Under the pieces are notes generated by a model. That model was not told where the DNA came from, made no database searches, and worked only from the letters and a program-made list of their open reading frames with translations. From positions 9,982,001 through 10,046,000 of the forward strand of contig JBHGNT010000009.1 of assembly GCA_043228905.1 (NCBI GenBank): DNA of 64,000 bases. The letters are read 5' to 3'. The position numbers and the translations under genes are program-made. Source of the stretch: Azolla caroliniana. Its lineage: Eukaryota > Plantae > Polypodiophyta. Shown in pieces: positions 54,695-64,000 of the stretch; position 1 is the first letter of the stretch; every line of letters begins with the position of its first letter.

Positions 54695-57600
54695 TGTTGG
54701 GAATTCAGTCCCTCCGGATGGGATTCGGATGAGAACCGGACGAGCCGAAGGAAGGAACCGGACCGGACGGATCCGGAAGGTATCCGGATGAATCCGAACC
54801 CAGGGACATATCTGTAAATATGTTTCTAGAGTGCCTATCATGGCCATATTTGTAAATAGTCCTAAATTCATATAAGTATAAATATGACTTAGGGCAATCA
54901 CCTATTAACAATGTGTGAGTGTAGAGATATTGTTGTATAGACACAGAGAGAGCGAGAGAGAGCAAGATATTGAAAGTTTTTCTGTTGTAACCATCGGTTG
55001 GCGAAAACATAGGGCTCGAGGTCGTTGCCTCTAAGTCTCACAATGTATCCTCTTCTTATAGTGATAGTTTGAGTCAGTGGGCCCCCGTGGTTTTTCCTTA
55101 TTAGGGTTTTACATGTTAACATCTTGTGTCTATATTATTTCTATTTTCTGTTTTCTTCCATTGAGTGTTTAAGATTCGGTTGTGGCCGAGCGCCATTTCC
55201 TCACAATATGGTATCAACGCGAACAACATATGGAAGAGTCATTCGGAAGCATGTTCAAGCTCACCGGCTCCAACTATCTAGTGTGGAAGTCGAAGATGAG
55301 GGACATGCTCATGGTCAAAGATCTCTGGCTGTCGGTACAGTTTGGGGACAAGAAATCGGAGAAGATCAATGCCACGACATGGGAGGTGATGCATACAAAG
55401 ACGACGTCATACATCCGGTGCTTCATCGACATGAGCCTGAACAACAACTTTAATGAAGAAAGTAAGACACATGTGCTCTGGAAAAAATCGGTACCATGCT
55501 AGAGAGCAAGAACGCCGTAAATCAGGTTTCGGCATTCCAGAACTTAGTGAGACTCCGGTACCAAGACGGATCTAGTATGGAGGAGCACATGAATGCTTTA
55601 CATGGGCTCATAAATCAGACGACCTCGCTTGACGTACCTCTAGCCGATGAGGTACTCACGTTGTTGTTGCTCAGTTCCCTCCAGGATAGTTGGGAGACGC
55701 TAGTTGTCACTTTGGGCAACGCTGGGCCGGAAGGAAAACACCTATCCCTCACAAGAGTAAAGTCGAGCTTGTTGGATGAAGAAGCTTGCCGAAAGGACCG
55801 GGAATCCAGAACTGATCCGAAGGCCTTGGTTATGGAAGACGACCATAACCGGGGAAGAGGCCAGATTCAGAGTTCCCAAAACCGGGACAAATCAGGGATG
55901 AGGTCAAAGTCAAGGGGGAGGCCCACATGCTTTTATTGTGGAAATCCGGGGCACTTCTAGAAGAATTGCCAACACTTCCGGAAAACCAAAGGGGGAGCCG
56001 ACATTTCGAAACTGAAGAAGATTTCGGAAAGGAGAGGAACGTCCACGATTGTGACATGTGAAGAAGAATAGCTGCTAATCACCGATGAGAGTGAGCTACA
56101 CCTTGTTAGCGACGAAACGACATGGGTGGTCGACTCCGGAGTGTTGTTCCACATGACTCCTGACCGGAAGTGCTTCTCATCTTACAAAGCCAGAGATCAC
56201 GGTTCTGTCCAGATGGGAAATGAAGGTGCATGCCGAATTGTCGGCATAGGAGATGTGTGGATGACGACATCAACTAGGTGCAAGTTGTTACTGAAGGATG
56301 TCTGACACGTTCCAGAGGTTTAGTAGAACCTGATATCAGCCGGTCGGCTAGATGATGAAGGCTACACGGAATAGAGTCATGAAGTTCAACAAAGGAAACC
56401 TTATCGTGGCTCAAGCCCAGAAGATCAACACATTGTACATGATGCATGCCCGGATATGCCGGGAGGAAGTGAACGTAGCATCCGACAATGCCGGCAAGTT
56501 GTAGCACAAGAGGTTGTGTCACATGAGCCAGAAAGGGATGAGAAGACTTGTCGAATATAACCTCATTCCGGAGGTGAAGGAAGTGCAGCTTGAGAAGTGC
56601 ACCGATTGCTTGGCTGGCAAGCAAAACCGAACCTCTTTCCGGTCAAGACCACTGTTGCGACGGATTGCACCGCTAGAACTTGTGCATACCGATTTATGCC
56701 AAGTGGCCACGAAGTCACATGTCGGATCGCAGTACTTCGTGACGTTCATAGACGATCACAACCGGAAGTTGTGGGTCTCACCACTGAAGACGAAGGACCA
56801 GGTATTATCCGTCTTCAAGGAATTCCATGCAAGGGTGGAAAGGGAAACTAGTCGGAAGCTGAAGGCAGTTCAAGTAGATAACGAAGGAGAATACCAAGGG
56901 CAGTTCGAGGAGTACTGCCGATCAAAAGGAATCCAACTCGAATTTACTATGCCAAAGACACTAGAGCCAAATGGATTGGCCGAAAGGATGAACCAGACTG
57001 TGATGGAGACAGTCCAGAGCATGTTGGCACATGCAATGTTGTCTAAGACGTTTTGGGTTGAGGTGCTGTTGATAGCAACGTACGTGATAAACAGATCACC
57101 CTCAGCACCATTGGAAGGAGACACACCACAGAGAGTATGGACCGGTAACATCTGAAGTTGTTTGGTTGTCTCACTTACGTGCATTTTGCAAAGGACAAGA
57201 GAGTAAAATTGGATCCGAAGTTCTGACCATCCATATTCCTTGGATACGGTGACGATGAGTTCGGTTACCGAGTGTGGGACTTGGTTGACAAGAAGATGTT
57301 CCAGAGTCGAGACACAGTCTTCATGGAAGACAAGACTATTGTCGACTGGGAGTCGGAGAAGAAGATAGTGCACTCCGGGTTGACCGACAAAGATCGGTTG
57401 GAAGATGCTAGGACACATTCGGTTGGAAGATGGATGTTAGACGAGGACCATGATGAACTGGTTGGATTCGTAGAAAGACCCGAACCGACAAAAGAAGAAA
57501 CACCAGAACCGTACAAGACCCTGAATTGGATTTGGATGAAGAACAAACGGAGGAACCGGTGGCCGAAGACCAAGGAAGAAGATATCGCCTAAGGGAGAGA

Positions 57601-59750
57601 AGAGCCCCCTGGAGATTTCCGGATGCGGAGCATGTGTTGCTGACCAACGAGGGGGAGCCGAAAAGCTTCGAAGAAGCAAAGAAAGACACCCACATCTGCA
57701 AGTGGTTAAGTGCCATGCAGGATGAGATGGATTCCCTGCGTGAGAACCACACATATGAATTGACAGAGTTGCCGAAAGGAAAGAGAGCTCTCCGGAACAA
57801 GTGGGTGTACAAGCTGAAACCGGGAGACGTCGGAAATCCACCAACGTACAAAGCCCGCATTATGGTAACGGGCTTCCAGCAGAAGAAGGGAGTGGATTTC
57901 AACGAGATCTTTCCCCCGGTAGTAAAGATGACATCAATCCGGATTGTGTTGAGCATAGCAGCAAGCATGGACCTCAAGGTCAAGCAACTAGATGTCAAGA
58001 CGACGTTCCTGCATGGTGACCTCGAAGAAGAGATCTGCATGCAACAGCGAGAGGGATTTGTCAAGAAAGGGAAGGAGCACCTGGTATGCCGGTTGAAGAA
58101 GAGCTTATACGGATTGAAGCAAGCTCCCGGGTGATGGTACTGGAAGTTCGACTCCTTCATGAAAGATCAAGGATACCACAAGACGCATGTTGACCACTGT
58201 GTATTTGTGAAAAATTTCGATGGAGGAGACTTCTTGATACTCCTGCTATATGTGGATGACATGCTGATCAAGGACAAGACTGAACCAAAATCGGGAATCT
58301 GAAGAAGCCCTTGAACCGGACCTTCTCAATGAAAGATTTGGGTTCGACAAGATAGATACTAGGGATGCACATAGTCCGGAACCGGACGAATAAGCTATTG
58401 TGGCTGTCATAGGAGAAGTATGTGACAAATGTGCTTCAACGGTTCAAGATGACAGATGTGAAGCCGGTCGAGTCGACACTTCTGACAAACTACAAGCTGT
58501 TTGGAAAGCAAAGTCCGAAGACCAAGACGGAGAAGTCAGAGATGATGAAGATACCATATGCCTCCGCCGTCGGGAGCTTGATGTACGCAATGGTGTGTAC
58601 CTGGCTGGATATCGGATATGTTGTCAGAGTGGTCAACGGGTTTATGAGCAATCCGGGAAGAGAACACTGGACCGCGGTCAAGTGGATACTCTGGTACTTG
58701 AAAGGCACCTCGAGTATGTGCCTCAGAGTCGGCTCAGGAAAACCCCAACTTGAAGGATTCACAAATTCGGATATGTCGGCTAATGCGGATACCAACCGGT
58801 CTACATTTGGATATGTCATGACTTATGCAAGGGGAGCCGTATCATGGCAGTCGAGGCTGCAGAAGTCAGTTGCATGGTCGACAACGGAAGCGGAGTACAT
58901 GGCGGTTGTAGAAGTTGGCAAAGAGGTAATCTGGATGAAGGACTTCATCAGAGAGCTAGGGATCTTACAGGAGGAATTTTGGCTCCACTACGATAGTCAA
59001 AGTGCCATCCACCTCGCGAAGAACACAGCCTACAATTCCCGGACCACGCACATCCAGAGAAGATATCACTGGCTCTAGGAGAAGGTAGAAGATAAAGAGT
59101 TCTTGCTGATGAAGATCCATACAAAGGGAAATGGGTCGGACATGTTGACCAAGGTACTATTAACCAACAAGTTGGATGTGTGCGGAGACGGATCGGATTG
59201 ACAAGACATCCCATGCCGGAGTGAAGGGGGAGTTTGTTGGGAATTCGGTCCCTCCAGATGATAATCGGACGAGCCAAAGAAAGGAACCCGACTGGACGGA
59301 TCCGGAAGGTATCCAGATGAATCCGGTGTGAACCGGATCCAAGAACATATTTGTAAATATGTTTCTAGAGTACCTGTCATAGCCATATTTGTAAATAGTC
59401 CTAAAGTCATATAAGTATAAACATGACTTAGGGCAATCACCTATTAACAATGTGTGTGTGTAGAGATATTGTTGTATAGACACACAGAGAGCTTGAGAGA
59501 GAGAGCGCGAGATACAGAAAGTTTTTTTGTTGTAACCGTCGAGTGGCGAAGACATAGGGCCCGAGGTCGTTGCCTCTGAGTCTCGCATTGTATCCTCTTC
59601 TTATAGTGATAGTTTGAGTCTATGGGCTCCCGTGGTTTTTCCTTATTAGGGTTTTCCACGTTAACATCTTGTGTCTATCTTATTTCTATTTTCTGTTTTC
59701 TTCCATCGAGTGTTTAAGACTCGGTTGTGGCCGAGCGCTATTTCCTCACA
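54695..59750 (+). mobile_element. Ty1/copia LTR retrotransposon, older degenerate relative of element B (element C)
   Basis: LTRs 54695-55205 and 59235-59750; PBS TGGTATCA at 55209; PPT TGAAGGGGGAG 59222-59232; fragmented gag-pol highly similar to element B (KCTDCLAGKQNRTSF, PYASAVGSLMYAMV). TSD decayed (CCATT/ACATC). Confidence 0.93.
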
Positions 59751-60074
59751 ACATCAACAATAGTTGCATGATTGAAGATACATTTTTTGCATGTGTATAA
59801 CTTGTGTTTGAGACCTTCCCATGGATCCACAAGTTATTCTCAAAGCTATATATACATTCATTACCTACGAAATATATGAATGCAATTTGACTATAGTCTA
59901 CATCCACATTCACCCAAGTTCTGTCCGATATGCAATTTAGTGATCTATCTTCATTTACATGCACCCCTAAACTGGACCAACCATACAAATGGTTGAATGT
60001 CATGTTAGTTTGGATAAGGAATTGTTACGAGAGAAATCCCTTGATATTTGCACAAGTTTTGTTGTCATAACATA

Positions 60075-60905
60075 AATTGGATTAAACCAATCCATAAAAG
60101 AGGAGATAAAAATTTGGTGTCCAACTACCAAGCAAACATGGCAATTAGCTTGGTTATGGCCAAGCTATATAGCCCTAATATGGAACAAAAGATTATTTCA
60201 TGGGGTTGAGCATCATCTCAAACGATCACTTGGTCAACTGAAACATTCCACTATTGATCATTTGGTTACACTTGGGGTAATTATGAAACAGAGTTAACTT
60301 CAAGGGGAAATTGTTGTTTTGTGGACATTCAAGGAAACCTTTGCCATTGTACCAAGGATCGAGCTTTGGAAAAAAAGAATGATAGGGATCGGAATAAGTA
60401 TTAGAGTATAGATCAATTGTAGCATGATATATATGATCAAGTTGGATACCAATTGAAAATGGATAGTGGTTCCTTAGAACCCTTCATGAGCAACATGGGG
60501 GTGAAGCAAGGGTGTCCACTCTATCCCATACTCTTTGGTCTATGCATAGATAAACTAGAAGAAATAGTGAATAAGGTTGCAAAAGAAGAAGAATTAAATG
60601 GCCCAAAAGCCATGCAAGGGCCTTTTCCTTATGCTCTTATATATTGACAATGTTGTGTTATTCTTGTATACTTTGTATCAACAAGCTAGTTGCTAACATG
60701 GACAACAAAAGTGAAGGCATTAAAGGCAATGCAACCAAGACACTACCAGACATTTAAATACTAGGAAGATCCATATACAAGTGGTTCACAGATTCAAACA
60801 TCTTGGTATTAGTGTTCAATCTATGAATATGTGGGTGTGTGTTGCGAATTTAGACTTTGAAGCGGGACAATGTGGCCAAAGTGATACTAGGGGATGGGAA
60901 GCAAG
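60075..60905 (+). mobile_element. Degraded RTE-like LINE RT fragment (same family as 43440-45507)
   Basis: SNMGVKQGCPLYPILFGLCIDKLEEIVNKVAKEE is nearly identical to the 43890-44444 ORF. Confidence 0.8.
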
Positions 60906-61193
60906 ATTGATGGGGAACATAAAATGAGAGCATTATATAGATAATAGAGCTAGTGATGGTTACCACTCCCACCACCACCACCACCACAGGGAGCTCAGTT
61001 GCAAGTATTGCCAACACTAGAATTGTACGTACGGATACACTCTTATTAGTTTATTGTCATTCGTATCGTAGCGACGGTTCCTACGGATCTCGGAAAAAAC
61101 ATGATTATTTACGTTCTTGTCTCCTCTTTGTGATTAGTGTGATTGCTGCAAAATAGAAGCAAAGGGTTTAGAAAATGCATTGATTTTCCCTCC

Positions 61194-61553
61194 ACCAATC
61201 TTAAGAACAGAGCAATCGCGATAAATGGCGTAGATGATGCATGAAGAGCTCACATTTGCTGCCTTAATCAAGACCGGTACAAAGAAGAAGGATCTGTACA
61301 CAGGTAGAAAGCTTCATGCTGATATTCATAGAAGGTGTTTGCTTCAAAGGAGCCCTTATCTGGGAAACACTTTACCAATCTTAAGAACAAAGCAATCGCC
61401 ATCCATGGGGTAGATGATGCATGAAGAGCTCACGTTTGCTGCCTTAATCAAGACCTGTACCAAGAAGAAGGATCTGTACACAGGTAGAAAGCTTCATGCT
61501 GATATTCATAGAAAGTGTTTGCTTCAAAGGAGCCCTTATCTGGGAAACACTTT
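61194..61553 (+). repeat. 180-bp tandem duplication covering the PPR start region
   Basis: 61194-61373 and 61374-61553 are near-identical; exact 180-nt period. Confidence 0.93.
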
Positions 61554-64000
61554 AATCAGTATGTATATAAAATGTGGTCTCCTTGCACAAGCAGAGCAAG
61601 TTCATGAAGAACTCAGCCTTCGGAATGTCATAACGTGGAATGCCCTAATTTCAGGTTATGCCCAGCATGGTAAAAGTAATGAAGCGTTGAATTGTTTAGA
61701 ACAAATGCGAAGAGAAGGCATCTCTCCGAATGTGGTCACTTTCACATGTATCTTGACAGCATGTAGTAAAGCTGGAGATATTGGCTCAGGTGAAGAAATT
61801 CATGAAGAAATTGTGAGCAGAGGTTTGTTGAGAAAAGATATTGTGCTTGATAATGCATTGGTGAATTTGTATGCCAAATGTGGTTTGCTTGAAAAGGCAC
61901 AACGAGTGCTCGAAGGAATTCCAATCCGGAATGTTGTCACTTGGGCTTCATTGATTGCTGGGTACACTCAACAAGGTCAATGTCACGAAGCATGGTCTTG
62001 TTTCAATCGAATGCAAAATGAGGGCATCTCTCCAGATGCAATAGTATTCACTTGCATCGTGAAAGCATGTGGAAAGTCTAGGGATATAAAGAAGGGCAAA
62101 CAAATTCATGATGATATTTTAAACCGAGGCTTACTAGAGAACGATATTATGCTCGGCAATGCTTTGGTGGATATGTATGCCCAATGCAACATGTTTGAAA
62201 AAGCACACGAAGTTCTTGAAAAACTGCCTATTCGAAATGTCGGTTCTTGGAATGCATTAATAACAGGGTTTGCTCAGTCACATGGGCGGGGGCATGAAGC
62301 ACTGCATTGTTTTGAGCAGATGAAACATGAGGGTCTTCCACCCGATGAGGCCACCTTGACTTGCATCATGAAAGCATGTGGAATGTTAGGAGACATAGCT
62401 AAGGGTAAAGAAATTCATGATGAGATTGCTTATAGGGGTTTGTTGAAGAAAGATGCTATACTTGGCAATGCTTTAGTTGATATGTATGCCAAATGTGGAA
62501 TGCTTGCAAAAGCACAGAAAATTCTTGAACAGCTTTGTGTTCGAGATGTAGTATCCTGGTCTGCACTAATTGTAGGGTATACTCAGCAGGGGCAATATCA
62601 TGAAGCACTGAACTGTTTTGAAGGGATGCAAAATGAGGGCCTTTCTCCAGATACAATCAGCTTCACTTGGATTTTGAAGGCATGTGGAAGAACTGAATCC
62701 ATAGAGAAGGGTAAGCAAATCCATAATGAGATTATGCAGAGAGGTTTGCTACAGAAGGATATCACAATGGCGAATGCATTGATGGATATGTACACAAAAT
62801 GTGGTATGCTTCTAAAAGCACAAGAAGTTCTACAAGGGCTTCCTATTCGAAGTGCAGTGTCTTGGTCTGTACTAATTGCAGGCTATATCCAACAGGGGAA
62901 ATGCCACGAAGCACTAAAATGTTTCAATCAAATGCAGTGTGATGGCGTCTCTCCGGATGCAGTTACCTTCATATGTGTCCTTAAAGCATGTGGCAACATA
63001 GGGGCATTAGACAAAGGCAAAGAAATTCATGATAACATTGTGAGTTGGAATTTTCTGGAGAAAGATCCTGCACTTGCATCTGCTTTAATAGACATGTATA
63101 CCAAATGTGGTGTGCTTTCAAAGGCAGAAGAAGCTCTTCAAGAACTTTCTATTCGAAATGTAGCTTCTTGTTCTGCATTAATTTCAGGGTATGTGCAACA
63201 AGAGCAAGGCTATGAAGCCCTAGCTTTTCATGAACAAATGCAAAGTGAGGGTATCTTGCCAGATGTGGTCACCTACGTTTGCGTCTTAAAGGCATGTGGT
63301 AAAATAGGAGCTATGGACAAGGGCCAACAGATTCATGAGCAAATTATCAGTAGGAGTTTGCTAGGGAAGGACACTATTCTTGGAAATTCTTTGCTGGATA
63401 TGTACATCAAATGTGGAATGGTTGGGAAAGCACAAGAGTTGCTGGAGAAACTTCCTGTTCGAGATGAAATCTCTTGGTCTTCTCTAATTTTGGGGTATGC
63501 CGAACAAGAGCAAGGTCATGAAGCTTTGAACTGTTTTGAAGAGATGCAAAATGAGGGCCTCTTGCCAAATGTTCTTACATTTATCTCTCTTCTAAAGGCT
63601 TGCAGCATCACAGGATGCATAGACAAGGGCAAACAAATTCATGATGAAATTTTTTCTAGGGAATTGTTGACAAAGGATATTGTTCTTGGAACTGCCTTGG
63701 TGGATATGTATGCCAAATGTGGCATGCTTATTAAAGCAGAACAAGTCTTGGAAGAGCTTCCGGTTCGAAATCTAGTCTCGTGGAATGCATTAATTGCTGG
63801 TTTTGCACAAGATGGGAAAGGTCATGAGGCATTGAGGTGTTTCGAACAAATGAAAAAGGAGGGATTCTCTCCAGATGGAGTCACATTCTTATCTGTTTTA
63901 ACGGCATGTTGTCATTCAGGCCTACTAGATGATGCCGAAGTGCTTTTCACTAACATGACCAAAATATATGGCATTAGACCAAACTTGGAGCATCATACTT
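61414..64000 (+). CDS. PLS-class pentatricopeptide repeat protein (organellar RNA-editing-factor type), 3' end beyond the window
   Basis: The frame from ATG 61414 appears open to the window end: repeated (M/L)Y(A/T/I)KCG...R(N/D)VV(S/T)W(N/S)ALI.GY.Q.G...F.CILKAC units with a ~306-nt period (8 cycles). It ends in the L2/S2-type FLSVLTACCHSGLLDDA...YGIRPNLEHHT. E/DYW domains are not visible. Confidence 0.93.
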   Translation, partial: MMHEELTFAALIKTCTKKKDLYTGRKLHADIHRKCLLQRSPYLGNTLISMYIKCGLLAQAEQVHEELSLRNVITWNALISGYAQHGKSNEALNCLEQMRREGISPNVVTFTCILTACSKAGDIGSGEEIHEEIVSRGLLRKDIVLDNALVNLYAKCGLLEKAQRVLEGIPIRNVVTWASLIAGYTQQGQCHEAWSCFNRMQNEGISPDAIVFTCIVKACGKSRDIKKGKQIHDDILNRGLLENDIMLGNALVDMYAQCNMFEKAHEVLEKLPIRNVGSWNALITGFAQSHGRGHEALHCFEQMKHEGLPPDEATLTCIMKACGMLGDIAKGKEIHDEIAYRGLLKKDAILGNALVDMYAKCGMLAKAQKILEQLCVRDVVSWSALIVGYTQQGQYHEALNCFEGMQNEGLSPDTISFTWILKACGRTESIEKGKQIHNEIMQRGLLQKDITMANALMDMYTKCGMLLKAQEVLQGLPIRSAVSWSVLIAGYIQQGKCHEALKCFNQMQCDGVSPDAVTFICVLKACGNIGALDKGKEIHDNIVSWNFLEKDPALASALIDMYTKCGVLSKAEEALQELSIRNVASCSALISGYVQQEQGYEALAFHEQMQSEGILPDVVTYVCVLKACGKIGAMDKGQQIHEQIISRSLLGKDTILGNSLLDMYIKCGMVGKAQELLEKLPVRDEISWSSLILGYAEQEQGHEALNCFEEMQNEGLLPNVLTFISLLKACSITGCIDKGKQIHDEIFSRELLTKDIVLGTALVDMYAKCGMLIKAEQVLEELPVRNLVSWNALIAGFAQDGKGHEALRCFEQMKKEGFSPDGVTFLSVLTACCHSGLLDDAEVLFTNMTKIYGIRPNLEHHT

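Overview
Eukaryotic (land-plant) nuclear DNA. A fern or other seed-free vascular plant is my inference from the PPR style and retroelement types; it is not proven. About 60-65% is transposable-element derived. Three host genes are recognisable: (1) an 11-coding-exon HUA2/HULK-like gene (PWWP + CID + Pro-rich; minus strand, 36452-27311, 1578 aa by my splice model); (2) a two-exon ZTL/FKF1 (LOV-F-box-Kelch) blue-light/clock gene (minus, 49765-46865, 659 aa); (3) a PLS-class PPR gene (plus, 61414 to beyond the window end). TEs include a nested Ty1/copia-Ty3/gypsy cluster (1-14282, containing a young, near-intact copia with CAAAA TSD), L1 and RTE-like LINE relics, a hAT MITE, solo LTRs, two divergently oriented gypsy copies forming a long inverted repeat, and an older copia (54695-59750). 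The most unusual observation is a 2.8-kb non-coding LTR element (16463-19246, GCATC TSD) with tRNA-PBS-like motifs facing inward from BOTH LTRs and no convincing PPT. Also notable: a putative self-priming PBS in the gypsy element, a duplicated module of two convergent tRNA-like units, VNTR-discordant LTRs in a young copia, and a 180-bp duplication that creates an in-frame uORF ending TAG-ATG at the PPR start. All alignments were done by eye; no database searches were run.
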